Shown here: piece after piece, positions 37,879 through 47,856 of the stretch | Position numbering within the stretch: the first letter of the stretch is position 1 | Layout of the letters: each line of letters begins with the position of its first letter | Source of the DNA: Candidatus Latescibacterota bacterium | Lineage (GTDB): Bacteria > Latescibacterota > UBA2968 | NCBI GenBank assembly: GCA_965205975.1 | Contig: OZ242195.1 | Span: 832,001-896,000, forward strand | DNA: 64,000 bases | Direction: 5' to 3' | Position numbers and translations under genes: made by a program | Notes under the pieces: model-generated | The model's input: the letters and a program-made list of their open reading frames with translations, nothing else | The model's database searches: none | What the model was told of the DNA's origin: nothing

Positions 37879-39003
37879 ATGTCTCGCATGGATTTCAAAA
37901 CACAGATCGCTGCCGGTCTTCTTACGTGGTATCGCAAATACAAACGCGATTTGCCCTGGCGACAGACAGACGATCCCTATCGCATCCTGTTATCTGAGTT
38001 TATGCTCCAGCAAACGCAGGTCGATACTGTTATTCCCTATTATCACCGTTTTCTCGACCGTTTTCCCACGGTTTTCGACCTCGCCAATGCCTCACAGGAT
38101 GATGTCCTCAAAGCCTGGGAAGGCTTGGGCTATTACGCCCGCGCCCGCAATTTGCACAAAGCCGCGCATTCTATTGCCACGGACTTTGGCGGCACAGTGC
38201 CCGATACGTACGACGAACTCAAATCTCTACCCGGTTTTGGTCCTTATACCACGGCCGCAGTTTTGAGCATTGCTTATGATCGCGACCATGCCGTACTCGA
38301 TGGCAATGTTATTCGCGTTGTCACGCGCCTTTTTGATATTGGTGAGGATGTCACGCAAACCCGCGTCAAAAACCGACTTTGGGATCGCGCCCAGGCCCTG
38401 TTGCCAAAAGGTGAAGCCGGTGACTATAATCAGGCGATTATGGAACTCGGCGCAATGGTCTGCACCGCCAGAAATCCGGCGTGCGATCAGTGTCCCGTGC
38501 AAAAATACTGTGCGGCGTACAGTGCGGGCAATCCGCAGCGTCTGCCCGTCAAAGGCAAGAAGAAACCGCGCCCTCATCACACGCTGTGCGCGGGTATTGT
38601 GTGGCACAATGACAAAGTGCTCATTACCCAACGCCCGCAAAATGGCTTGCTCGGCGGACTTTGGGAATTTCCCGCAGGAACGCAACAGGACGGGGAGTCT
38701 TTGCAAGACACCTGCAGGCGCGGGATAAGAGAAATCGCAGGTATCGACGTCAAAATTAGAGATCGCTACCGCACTGTCAAACACGCTTTTACCCACTTTA
38801 GTATTACCCTGCACACTTTCCAGTGCCATTATGTCAAGGGCAGGGCGCGTCCTCTCTTGTGTGACAATCTCGCATGGGTTATGCGTGCCGATTTCAACGC
38901 TTATGCTTTTTCTCGCACCAGCCGCAAACTCATTGAGTATCTACAAGAAGATGTCCAACCCGACCTTTTCGCATTTGAACACAATATCAGGGAGGTTCCA
39001 TGA
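37879..39003 (+). CDS. mutY: A/G-specific adenine glycosylase
   Basis: RDLPWR, SEFMLQQTQV, WEGLGYYARARNL, HhH LPGFGPYTT, Fe-S CTARNPACDQCP, C-terminal NUDIX-like domain. Confidence 0.97.
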   Translation: MSRMDFKTQIAAGLLTWYRKYKRDLPWRQTDDPYRILLSEFMLQQTQVDTVIPYYHRFLDRFPTVFDLANASQDDVLKAWEGLGYYARARNLHKAAHSIATDFGGTVPDTYDELKSLPGFGPYTTAAVLSIAYDRDHAVLDGNVIRVVTRLFDIGEDVTQTRVKNRLWDRAQALLPKGEAGDYNQAIMELGAMVCTARNPACDQCPVQKYCAAYSAGNPQRLPVKGKKKPRPHHTLCAGIVWHNDKVLITQRPQNGLLGGLWEFPAGTQQDGESLQDTCRRGIREIAGIDVKIRDRYRTVKHAFTHFSITLHTFQCHYVKGRARPLLCDNLAWVMRADFNAYAFSRTSRKLIEYLQEDVQPDLFAFEHNIREVP

Positions 39004-39818
39004 AGCTCGAAAACAAAATCGCGCTTATCACGGGTGCCGGATCGGGCATTGGCAAAGCCATTGCACTCGAAATGGGCAGCGCAGGCGCGCATATCGCAGT
39101 TAACGATCTCACTGCCGAAACAGCCGAAACCACCGCACACCAGATCGAAGACCTCGGATGCGAAGCCCTCGTCATTCCCGCAGATGTGGCTGATTCGGAG
39201 CAAGTCGAGAATATGGTTCAGCAGACGCTCAATCGCTTCGGGCGCATTGATATTCTGGTCAATAATGCCGGTGTGTACATTCCCCAGGACGGTGGCGTCA
39301 CAGCTATTACAGACGAAGCGTGGCAGCGCATTCTCGATGTGAATCTCAATGGGCCTTTTTATTGCTGTCGCGCCGTTGTAAAAGACATGATAGCACGCAA
39401 GCAGGGCGGTAAAATTATCAATATTTCGTCTGTACAGGCCGAAGTTGCGCATTTCGACGCTTCTGCCTATCAGCCTTCTAAAGCCGCAGTGGTTATGCTC
39501 ACGCGAACCCTTGCGGTGGAACTCGCTCCTTACAAAATTAATGTCAATGCCATTGGTCCGGGTGCTATTGCATCCGAAGGTATGGGCGCATCACTTGGTC
39601 CTGAAGTTATCGATGCCTACCGCAAACGCATCCCCTGGGGTGCTCGGGGATATACCCGCGATATTGGAACTGTCGCCGCTTTTCTCGCTTCGGAGGACGC
39701 GGGCTATATCACGGGTCAAATCATCTATGTCGATGGTGGTTATTTATCCGATAGCACACCGACGGAGCTAAAATCACAAGATCACCCCGTGCCACCCGAC
39801 GATCCGGACCCGAAATAA
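39000..39818 (+). CDS. SDR family oxidoreductase
   Basis: TGAGSGIG, NNAG, YQPSK. Confidence 0.93.
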   Translation: MKLENKIALITGAGSGIGKAIALEMGSAGAHIAVNDLTAETAETTAHQIEDLGCEALVIPADVADSEQVENMVQQTLNRFGRIDILVNNAGVYIPQDGGVTAITDEAWQRILDVNLNGPFYCCRAVVKDMIARKQGGKIINISSVQAEVAHFDASAYQPSKAAVVMLTRTLAVELAPYKINVNAIGPGAIASEGMGASLGPEVIDAYRKRIPWGARGYTRDIGTVAAFLASEDAGYITGQIIYVDGGYLSDSTPTELKSQDHPVPPDDPDPK

Positions 39819-39819
39819 T

Positions 39820-40566
39820 ATGATTTCAAAAAATCTCACCAATAGAACGGCTATTATCACCGGTGCCGCGCAGGGTATTGGAAAAGCGATTGCCATACGC
39901 CTTGCTGAGGCCGGTGCAAGTGTGGCGATTGCCGATCTCAATCTGGACAGCGCGCGCGAAACGGCTCGAGAAATCGGGGCAGATGCATTGGCTCTATCGC
40001 TCGATGTTGCAAATGCTGAGCGTGTGCAGAATACCGTTGATGAATGTCTCAATACATGGGGACGTATCGACATCCTCGTCAATAACGCGGGCATTGTGGG
40101 GCGCGACGTGCCAGTCAAAGATCTCACAGAAGGGGATTGGGACCAGGTTCTCGATATCAATCTCAAGGGGACTTTTTTGTGTTCGCGCGCTGTACTGGCG
40201 CCTATGCTCAAACAAAAAAAAGGCGCCATTGTCTCGGTCGCCTCCATAGCAGGCAAAGAAGGCAATCCCAGCATGGCACCCTATTCGGTCTCTAAAGCGG
40301 GTATTATATGTTTTACCAAGGTCCTGGCAAAAGAGCATCTCGAGGACAATATTCGCGTCAATTGCGTCTCGCCCGCTCTGATCGAAACCCCACTCTTAGC
40401 AGATGTGGAACCAGAGCAACTCGATTACATGACGTCCAAAATTCCCCTCGGGCGCCTCGGCCAGCCCGAAGAAGTCGCCGCGGTTGTTCATTTTCTCGCA
40501 TCCGACGATGCTTCTTTTGTGACCGGGCAGTGTTATGATGTCAGCGGTGGTAGGGCGACGTATTGA
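39820..40566 (+). CDS. SDR family oxidoreductase
   Basis: TGAAQGIG, NNAG, YSVSK. Confidence 0.93.
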   Translation: MISKNLTNRTAIITGAAQGIGKAIAIRLAEAGASVAIADLNLDSARETAREIGADALALSLDVANAERVQNTVDECLNTWGRIDILVNNAGIVGRDVPVKDLTEGDWDQVLDINLKGTFLCSRAVLAPMLKQKKGAIVSVASIAGKEGNPSMAPYSVSKAGIICFTKVLAKEHLEDNIRVNCVSPALIETPLLADVEPEQLDYMTSKIPLGRLGQPEEVAAVVHFLASDDASFVTGQCYDVSGGRATY

Positions 40567-40570
40567 TTCG

Positions 40571-40735
40571 TCACCCGAGTGGTCGCGCGCTGAATACTTC
40601 TCTCATATAGAGAACGACCCACCCGATAGCCGTCACTGCTATCGCAACGCCCACGGCAATCAGACACAGCAACCATCCCGGAGTTCGGGTATCCGGATCG
40701 TGATAGGGATTTCGTCGGGGATCGTCCCAGCGCAT
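40571..40735 (-). CDS. Small single-pass membrane protein (54 aa)
   Basis: MRWDDPRRNPYHDPDTRTPGWLLCLIAVGVAIAVTAIGWVVLYMREVFSARPLG*; AGGA SD; fills the intergenic gap. Confidence 0.6.
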   Translation of the reverse strand: MRWDDPRRNPYHDPDTRTPGWLLCLIAVGVAIAVTAIGWVVLYMREVFSARPLG

Positions 40736-40762
40736 AGTGGTGTCCTGAGTAGTATCAGCAAT

Positions 40763-41203
40763 TCATCGATTTAGATTTTCTGAAAATTCAGTGCCTTCTG
40801 GCACATCCGTATCGCTTTCAAAGCAGAGACTAAATCCATCCGGGTCGTTCAATGAAACAACCCACATTCCGTTTCCCACAAAGGGATTCGATACCTCGAT
40901 ACCACGATTCTTGATTCTGCGATAGATCGTCAGGGCATCTTCGCACATGAATACAATTGAGACGCCTTCGCCCATTTTCCCTTTGGGCACCCACGAATTG
41001 CGTCCTTCCTGTCGGAATTCCTGCAACATTAACGCGGCATCTCCACATTGGAGCCAGCACCAGCGGAGCTTTCCATCTGGTTCCCATTTATGGATCATTT
41101 CAAATCCGAGATCCTCGACATAGAAGCGAACAGACGCTTTGATGTTTGATACAGAAAAAAACGGGACTGCCTGTTTGACATTTGGTTTTGCTTCAGCGGT
41201 CAT
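40763..41203 (-). CDS. VOC/glyoxalase family protein
   Basis: VSNIKASVRFYVEDLGF...DPDGFSLCFE. Confidence 0.88.
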   Translation of the reverse strand: MTAEAKPNVKQAVPFFSVSNIKASVRFYVEDLGFEMIHKWEPDGKLRWCWLQCGDAALMLQEFRQEGRNSWVPKGKMGEGVSIVFMCEDALTIYRRIKNRGIEVSNPFVGNGMWVVSLNDPDGFSLCFESDTDVPEGTEFSENLNR

Positions 41204-41236
41204 TATTCGCTCCTTATGTTTTTAGGGGCTTGCTCT

Positions 41237-41395
41237 TTATTGAAAGATGTAAAATTCTGAAATGACGGGATCAATGCCGCGCAAATAGAGCAATGAGATT
41301 ATTGCGAAAATAATAAAGATAGCGACGCAGAGAAGAACAAACCCATTTTTTTGATACCATTTTGGCCGGTGGGGGGAGATGTTGGGATCGCTCAT
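41237..41395 (-). CDS. Small single-pass membrane protein (52 aa)
   Basis: MSDPNISPHRPKWYQKNGFVLLCVAIFIIFAIISLLYLRGIDPVISEFYIFQ*; ATG overlaps the rdgB TGA (ATGA). Confidence 0.65.
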   Translation of the reverse strand: MSDPNISPHRPKWYQKNGFVLLCVAIFIIFAIISLLYLRGIDPVISEFYIFQ

Positions 41396-41997
41396 GGTAT
41401 GGATGTGTTGAAGAGGTCGAGAATGAAGGGCAATATGGTACGCAGAGCCTGGCCCCGGTGGCTGATACGATTTTTTTCGTCAGAAGGCAGTTCGGCAGAA
41501 GTGCAGTTGTGGGTGGGAATGAAAAAGAGCGGATCGTAGCCAAAGCCATTCGCGCCCCGGGGTGTTGTGAGGATGCGGCCCTCCCAGATAGCCTCGGTGG
41601 TTTGTACACTGCCATCAGGTGTGGCGAGTGCCATCGCGCAGCAAAAGTGCGCGGTGCGCTGGTTTGTGGGAATACTATTCAAGTTTTCGATAAGTTTGGC
41701 ATTATTCGCCTCATCTGTGGCATATTCTCCGGCGTAGCGCGCGGAATATATGCCGGGTGCGCCGTTTAAGGCATCGACCACAAGGCCGGAGTCATCAGCC
41801 AAAGCAGGCAATCCCGTGTATTTTGCAATTTCACGGGCTTTTTTTTGGGCATTGGCTTCAAAGGTTTCGCCGTCTTCGATTACTTCGGGCGCGTTGGGAA
41901 ATGCATCGAGCGAGATTACCTGAATATCAGAGCCGAGCATGTCCTGAATTTCTCTGCGCTTGCCCTGATTGCGCGTGGCGAGTATGAGGATAGGCAT
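41392..41997 (-). CDS. rdgB: dITP/XTP pyrophosphatase
   Basis: ATRNQGK, ADDSGL, PGIYSARYAG, GFGYDPLF, KNRISHRG. Confidence 0.96.
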   Translation of the reverse strand: MPILILATRNQGKRREIQDMLGSDIQVISLDAFPNAPEVIEDGETFEANAQKKAREIAKYTGLPALADDSGLVVDALNGAPGIYSARYAGEYATDEANNAKLIENLNSIPTNQRTAHFCCAMALATPDGSVQTTEAIWEGRILTTPRGANGFGYDPLFFIPTHNCTSAELPSDEKNRISHRGQALRTILPFILDLFNTSIP

Positions 41998-42008
41998 AGG
42001 TTTGACTA

Positions 42009-42725
42009 CTATTGCGCCATAACATCTTGTTGGAGTTGCGTGATTTCGGAGACGCCCTTTTGGCCGAGGGCGATCAGGTGTTGCATCTGGTCGAAAGTGA
42101 AGGGGTTTCCTTCAGCTGTGCCCTGTACCTCGACAAAGTTGCCCTGACCGGTCATAACGATATTCATATCCACTTCGGCTGTTGCATCTTCGGCATAACA
42201 CAAATCGAGCATGGGCGTGTTGTCAATGATGCCCACGCTGACGGCTGCGACGGAATCTCCAAGAGGATTCTTTGTAATACTGCCTTCATTTTTGAGCTTG
42301 TCAATCGCATCGACGACTGCGACATAAGCCCCCGAAATTGAGGCTGTGCGGGTGCCGCCATCGGCTTGTAACACATCGCAGTCGATCCAGAGGGTGCGCG
42401 CGCCGAGTTTTTTGAGGTCGATCACTGCGCGTAGCGCGCGGCCAATAAGGCGCTGAATTTCCTGAGTTCGGCCTTTGATCCCGCGCGTTTCGCGCTCGCT
42501 GCGCGTATGGGTCGAACGGGGCAACATGGCGTATTCCGCCGTGATCCAGCCCGTGTTTTTGCCCACGAGAAAATGGGGTACGCGATCTTCAACACTCGCT
42601 GTGCATATAACGTGTGTGTCACCCATTTTGATCAGTGCCGATCCCTCGGCGTGTTTCATAAATCCGCGTTCTATACTCGCGGGACGCAATTGATCTGGGC
42701 GGCGTCCATCTATGCGCTGGCTCAT
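42009..42725 (-). CDS. rph: Ribonuclease PH
   Basis: [40 protein letters not shown]. Confidence 0.97.
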   Translation of the reverse strand: MSQRIDGRRPDQLRPASIERGFMKHAEGSALIKMGDTHVICTASVEDRVPHFLVGKNTGWITAEYAMLPRSTHTRSERETRGIKGRTQEIQRLIGRALRAVIDLKKLGARTLWIDCDVLQADGGTRTASISGAYVAVVDAIDKLKNEGSITKNPLGDSVAAVSVGIIDNTPMLDLCYAEDATAEVDMNIVMTGQGNFVEVQGTAEGNPFTFDQMQHLIALGQKGVSEITQLQQDVMAQ

Positions 42726-42740
42726 AAGTGCTCCTTGTTC

Positions 42741-43598
42741 TTACCGTGGATCAAACCAGTTTTTTTCGGGGTTGTCCAATTCGCGAAAGTCGCGCCCCGT
42801 GACGTGAATAATTTTACACATTTCGAGAAAGCGAGAATAGATGCGCCCCTGCGCGAGGTCTTTCAATTCATCAACTTTCTGATTTGTGGTCACAAATGTC
42901 AGGCGTTGATTGGCATAGCGAGCGTCAATGAGGTTGTAGAGGATTTCCATTTCCCATTCGGTATTGCGCTGTACGCCAAAGTCGTCGATGACGAGATAGG
43001 GAACATTGCTCAACACGTCAATCATCGGCATGGCCTGCCCATGCGTGTCACTGCTTTCGTCAAATGTGCGTCTGATCTCGTGAAAGCTTTTTGAAAGCGA
43101 GATAAACTTGCCGGGTTTTACAAATCGAAAAATGAGCTCGTTGAGCAAAATATAAGCAAAGTAAGTTTTTCCACGACCTGGCTCACCCCACAAATAGAAG
43201 CCTTCAATCGATTTTTCTGTTTTAGTGAGAATTTTATCGTACAATGCCTCAAAATGTTGTTTGAGTAATTGCGCTCCTGGGATGGGCTGCCCATTCTCAT
43301 ATTGCTCCTTAAAGTCCCGTAAAAACTTAAAGCGAAATCGATCGGGAATGCCCGATTTTCGGATGTATTTGTCAATGTGAATAATCTTCATCCGAAAGGA
43401 ATAACATGGGCACCAGGTGGGTTCGCCGCTCTTTGCATCTACAACCATAAAAGGCGACTTGCCGCCGCATTGACAGTGTTCGAGGACTTTTTGAGAAAGT
43501 TTGATTTCGCCGTGAAGCCCCACTTTTACATGGGGGTCGTAGTAATAGCCAGGGTCATTGGAGGGGAGGTCAATGCCTGTTGTTTGTGGAGACGTGAT
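42741..43598 (-). CDS. DnaC/DnaI/IstB-like AAA+ ATPase (start uncertain: GTG 43523, or non-canonical ATC 43598 / ACG 43595)
   Basis: CQC...CPC zinc ligands, SGIPDRF, Walker A GEPGRGKT, Walker B YLVIDD, LIDARY, TTN, RIYSRF. Confidence 0.85.
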   Translation of the reverse strand: MTSPQTTGIDLPSNDPGYYYDPHVKVGLHGEIKLSQKVLEHCQCGGKSPFMVVDAKSGEPTWCPCYSFRMKIIHIDKYIRKSGIPDRFRFKFLRDFKEQYENGQPIPGAQLLKQHFEALYDKILTKTEKSIEGFYLWGEPGRGKTYFAYILLNELIFRFVKPGKFISLSKSFHEIRRTFDESSDTHGQAMPMIDVLSNVPYLVIDDFGVQRNTEWEMEILYNLIDARYANQRLTFVTTNQKVDELKDLAQGRIYSRFLEMCKIIHVTGRDFRELDNPEKNWFDPR

Positions 43599-43601
43599 GA
43601 T

Positions 43602-44072
43602 TTACCTCCCGTTGCGGGTGCGTGTCTTCAACGCCTGTTCGACTTCGCGTTGGGCATCTCGGCGGGCAATATCGCGCCGCTTGTCAAATTGTTTTTTGCC
43701 GCGTGCCACGCCGAGTTCGACTTTGGCTTTGCCGCGTTTAAAATAGAGTTTGAGAGGAATTAATGTGTGGCCTCTTTCATTGATATATCCTCTCAGGCGA
43801 TTGATTTCATGGCGGTGGAGCAGCAATTTTCGTTTGCGCTCAGTGTCGTGGTTAAACTGGTTGCCCTGTGCATATTCGCTGATATGCGTGTTGTGCAAAT
43901 AAGCTTCCCCGCCCTCAATACGCGCGTAGCCATCTTTCAAATTGGCCCGGCCTTCGCGCAGGGCTTTGACTTCTGTACCCCGCAATTGCAGGCCGGCTTC
44001 ATACGTGCTGAGGATGTGGTAATCGCGCCGTGCTTTTCGGTTTTGCGCGATGATTTTGATACTTTCTGACAT
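43602..44072 (-). CDS. smpB: SsrA-binding protein
   Basis: [36 protein letters not shown]. Confidence 0.97.
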   Translation of the reverse strand: MSESIKIIAQNRKARRDYHILSTYEAGLQLRGTEVKALREGRANLKDGYARIEGGEAYLHNTHISEYAQGNQFNHDTERKRKLLLHRHEINRLRGYINERGHTLIPLKLYFKRGKAKVELGVARGKKQFDKRRDIARRDAQREVEQALKTRTRNGR

Positions 44073-44084
44073 TAGCACCTCCGC

Positions 44085-44915
44085 TCATATATCGGGTTGC
44101 AGGATGTGCATGAGATGTTCGAGTTTTTCTGCGCGATTTGGGTCGTCCAGGTTTAGATATGTATATCTGAGGTTGTTCATCATGCGAAAGAGCGTGAAGG
44201 AGTTGCTGGCTTTAGAAAAGAGATCGTCCGAGATTTTTTCACCAATGAGGTCGGCGCATTCATTTGCCGTAAGGATCTGTCCCCGATTGTGCGGGTCAAT
44301 ATAAATATGTTGATCGTTTTGGGTGTATTTGACGATGTAGTGCTTGGGTAAAGCGACGCCTGAGATGGGCAATTCCAGGCGTTGTGCGAGAATGAGATAG
44401 ACCGCTGAGAGCGTTATCGGCCAGCCACGCTTGCGATCGAGTACGCGGTTGAAATACGTATCGTCGGGATCATGGCGGGTAGATGCGTGAAATCCTTGCT
44501 CGTCAAAGAGATAATGGTTGAGTGTGCGAATGATGCGAATGGGATGATCGTCGGGGGCAATCCTGGGCGCGAGTTCAAAGGCCATGTATCCCAGGCGCGT
44601 TTTGTAAGCACTTTCATCGAGGTCGGGATATCCAAATCGCGCCAGCGCAAAGACGCCTTCTTCGAGGGCAATATCGCCGTGTTGGTCGCGTGTGAGACTG
44701 CGAAACCGCATATCGAGAGACGGTTCTCTAAATCGCCTGAGTACGCGGCTGACTTCTCGATGTGCGCGTGAGTCTTCGGCGCAGGCACTGTGGATTTCGC
44801 GTGTGGCCTTCTCGCCCAAATCATACAGTTTTTGGCGCATGCGATCCACAATGTCGGGGGAGGCGTCCGATAGAAGCGATACAATGGCGCGGATTTGTGC
44901 GGAGTGGAGTGTCAT
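44085..44915 (-). CDS. SirB1 / transglutaminase-like protein
   Basis: LNHYLFDEQGF, VLDRKRGWPITLS, LPKHY, IDP, RMMNNLR. Confidence 0.82.
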   Translation of the reverse strand: MTLHSAQIRAIVSLLSDASPDIVDRMRQKLYDLGEKATREIHSACAEDSRAHREVSRVLRRFREPSLDMRFRSLTRDQHGDIALEEGVFALARFGYPDLDESAYKTRLGYMAFELAPRIAPDDHPIRIIRTLNHYLFDEQGFHASTRHDPDDTYFNRVLDRKRGWPITLSAVYLILAQRLELPISGVALPKHYIVKYTQNDQHIYIDPHNRGQILTANECADLIGEKISDDLFSKASNSFTLFRMMNNLRYTYLNLDDPNRAEKLEHLMHILQPDI

Positions 44916-46789
44916 ACAGGTGCACCGCGTTTTTTTAGCATAATCATAAGTAGAGCAATATCCGCAGGCGAAATGCCGGGAATGCGAGATGCCTGCCCCA
45001 GTGATCGAGGTCTAATGCGGGTGAATTTTTCAATAGCTTCATTTCGCAAAGCTGCAATGGCAGCATAGTTAAAGTTTTCGGGAATATATTTTTTTTCCAA
45101 ATTGTGAAAGCGTTGCACCTGTTCTTCTTGTCGGCCGAGATATCCTTCGTATTTGAGTTCAATTTCGACCGATTCACACACATCCTCGGGCAGGGTTTCA
45201 GAAGCAGGTGACAATTGTGTGACAGTGTCGTAAGACAATTCTGGGCGCCGCAAAAGTTCAGCGAGCGTCACCGCGCGTTTTAAGGGAGAAGAATGCGATG
45301 CTTTAAGTGTTGTTTGAATATCGTCGGTTGGGGTAAGGCGCGTTGATCGCAGCCGTTCGATTTCTTCGTCGATTTGCCGTTTGCGTTTGCAAAAGCGGTT
45401 ATACGCCTCGTCGGAAAGCAGGCCAATTTTTCGTCCGAGTTCGCACAGGCGCAAATCCGCGTTGTCCTGCCGCAAGAGCAGGCGATATTCGGCCAGCGAG
45501 GTAAACATGCGATAGGGTTCTTCTGTGCCTTTGGTCACGAGGTCGTCAATCAGCACGCCGATATAAGCCTGCGACCGATCCAGGATTATGGGATCGTCAC
45601 CCCGGGCGGTTAAGGCGGCGTTGATGCCCGCCATAATTCCCTGCCCAGCAGCTTCCTCGTATCCGGTGGTGCCGTTGATTTGTCCCGCAAAAAATAGACC
45701 GGCGATGGGTTTGGTTTCCAGGGTAGGATGTATTTGCGTTGGAGGCACATAGTCGTATTCGACGGCATAGGCCGGGCGCATGATCTCTGCCCGTCCAAGA
45801 CCGGGGATGCTGCGTACAACCTCGATCTGTACATCTTCGGGCAAGCTCATCGATAGGCCGTTGAGATAGACTTCAAGAGTGCGATATCCCTCGGGTTCGA
45901 GAAAAATTTGATGCCCTTCCTTGTCGGGAAAGCGCACAATTTTGTCCTCTACCGAGGGGCAATACCGGGGTCCCACACCCTGGATGCGTCCGCTGTACAT
46001 TGCAGAGCGATCCAGATTGCTGCGAATAATGTCGTGCGTTTTTTGCACGGTCATTGTGAGGTGACAGCTGAGTTGCTCTTGCTCAATGCAGGCGGTGTGG
46101 TAGGAAAAGGGGCGAGGATCGGCATCGCCGGGTTGTTCTTCGCAGGTACTAAAGTCGATGCTGCGTGCATTGACGCGCGGAGGGGTGCCGGTTTTGAGTC
46201 GCCCGAGTTCAAAACCGAGTTGTGAGAGGCCATCGGATGCTTTGTCGGCGGCTTGCTCACCTGCACGCCCCGCACTGTAGGAAAAATCGCCCACATGAAT
46301 GAGGCCCTTGAGGAAGGTGCCTGTGGTCAGGATTACGGTTCTGGCGGCAAAAACTGTTTTGGCTTTGGTAACCACACCCTCAATACGTCTGTTTTTGACC
46401 ACGAGATCTTCGAGCAAGCCCTGTTTGACGTCAAGGTGCGGCTGGTTTTCGATTACTTCTTTCATGCGAAACTGATATGCTTTTTTATCTGCCTGCGCTC
46501 GAGGAGCCTGTACGGCGGGTCCTCTGCGCCGATTGAGCATGCGAAATTGCAGACCTGCGGCATCAATATTGCGTGCCATTTCACCGCCCAGAGCATCAAT
46601 TTCGCGTACCATATGACCTTTTGCAATGCCGCCAATGGCCGGGTTGCACGACATCTGCGCGATGGTGTCGAGGTTCATGGTCAGCAGTAGCGTTTCACAT
46701 CCCATACGCGCAGAAGCCAGAGCGGCTTCTGCTCCCGCATGTCCACCGCCAACAACGATGACGTCGTATTTTTTTTCGTATATCGACAT
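44912..46789 (-). CDS. mnmG: tRNA uridine 5-carboxymethylaminomethyl modification enzyme
   Basis: GGGHAG, MSCNPAIGG, RLKTGTPPR, GPRYCPSVEDK, GQINGTTGYEEAA. Confidence 0.98.
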   Translation of the reverse strand: MSIYEKKYDVIVVGGGHAGAEAALASARMGCETLLLTMNLDTIAQMSCNPAIGGIAKGHMVREIDALGGEMARNIDAAGLQFRMLNRRRGPAVQAPRAQADKKAYQFRMKEVIENQPHLDVKQGLLEDLVVKNRRIEGVVTKAKTVFAARTVILTTGTFLKGLIHVGDFSYSAGRAGEQAADKASDGLSQLGFELGRLKTGTPPRVNARSIDFSTCEEQPGDADPRPFSYHTACIEQEQLSCHLTMTVQKTHDIIRSNLDRSAMYSGRIQGVGPRYCPSVEDKIVRFPDKEGHQIFLEPEGYRTLEVYLNGLSMSLPEDVQIEVVRSIPGLGRAEIMRPAYAVEYDYVPPTQIHPTLETKPIAGLFFAGQINGTTGYEEAAGQGIMAGINAALTARGDDPIILDRSQAYIGVLIDDLVTKGTEEPYRMFTSLAEYRLLLRQDNADLRLCELGRKIGLLSDEAYNRFCKRKRQIDEEIERLRSTRLTPTDDIQTTLKASHSSPLKRAVTLAELLRRPELSYDTVTQLSPASETLPEDVCESVEIELKYEGYLGRQEEQVQRFHNLEKKYIPENFNYAAIAALRNEAIEKFTRIRPRSLGQASRIPGISPADIALLMIMLKKRGAPV

Positions 46790-46797
46790 ATTTGTTT

Positions 46798-47826
46798 TTA
46801 TTGCTGAGCGTGTACTGGTGTGCCAATTGCCAGAAGATGATCGTTTTGCGATTTACTTTGTATCGTTTCGACTTCAAATCCCAGATCGGTAATCATCTGG
46901 TGTGTATCTTCTACATCCAGGCCGCCTGTGGTCAAATACCCTTCCATAAAGAGCGAGTTAGCTGGATAAAGCGCCAGAGGTTGGAGGGATCGGAGATTTT
47001 TTTCTCGACCACCCGCTACGCGAATTTCGGTTGAAGGGTTGACAAATCGGAACAGACACAATGCGCGCAGACAATCGTGAGGGGTTAAGGAATTTTGATT
47101 CGACAGGGGCGTGCCCGCGATGGGGTGTAAGAAATTGACGGGAATGGAGTTGACGCCAAGGTCGCGCAAAGACATTGCCATATCAATTATGTCGTTGTGG
47201 GTTTCTCCCATACCAATAATGCCGCCGCTGCACGTATCCAGGCCTGCTTTTTGGATGTTGTACAGGGTTTCTAACCGGTCTTCGTAGGTATGTGTAGATA
47301 CAATATGCGGCGTGTGTACTTTGCTGGTGTTGAGGTTGTGATTGACGCGATCGACGCCTGCGTCTTTTAAGCGTTGTGCTTTTTCTCCAGTCAGTAAGCC
47401 CAAACAACAACAGATGTCGATATCTACTTCCCGTTTGATCTGGCGGACTACACCTGTAATGGCATCAACTTCATTATCGGTGGGCGCGCGGCCACTCGTG
47501 ACAATGCAGTAGCGATAAGCACCGTTTTCTTTGGCTTTGCGGGCTGCGTCTATCATTTCGCGGGCTGGCCGCAGTGGATATTTATCAATTGGTGCGTTTG
47601 AGACAGCCGATTGCGAGCAATAGGCACAGTCTTCGGGACACAAGCCACTTTTGGCATTCATCAGCACATGGATGTGTACTTTGCGCCCAAAATAATGATG
47701 GCGCACCTGGTATGCCGCGTGCAAAAGCGGTAGAATATCGCGGTCAGACGTTTGAAGAATAGCGTGCATTTCAGCGTTTGACAAGTCGGTTCCAGAGAGG
47801 ATTTTTTTTGCATAAGAGGTGTACAT
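46798..47826 (-). CDS. bioB: Biotin synthase
   Basis: CPEDCAYCSQS radical-SAM motif, NHNLNT, CSGGIIGMGE, SIPVNFL, R.AGGRE. Confidence 0.96.
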   Translation of the reverse strand: MYTSYAKKILSGTDLSNAEMHAILQTSDRDILPLLHAAYQVRHHYFGRKVHIHVLMNAKSGLCPEDCAYCSQSAVSNAPIDKYPLRPAREMIDAARKAKENGAYRYCIVTSGRAPTDNEVDAITGVVRQIKREVDIDICCCLGLLTGEKAQRLKDAGVDRVNHNLNTSKVHTPHIVSTHTYEDRLETLYNIQKAGLDTCSGGIIGMGETHNDIIDMAMSLRDLGVNSIPVNFLHPIAGTPLSNQNSLTPHDCLRALCLFRFVNPSTEIRVAGGREKNLRSLQPLALYPANSLFMEGYLTTGGLDVEDTHQMITDLGFEVETIQSKSQNDHLLAIGTPVHAQQ

Positions 47827-47856
47827 AGTATGTCCTGAATGTCTATTTTTTTGTAG

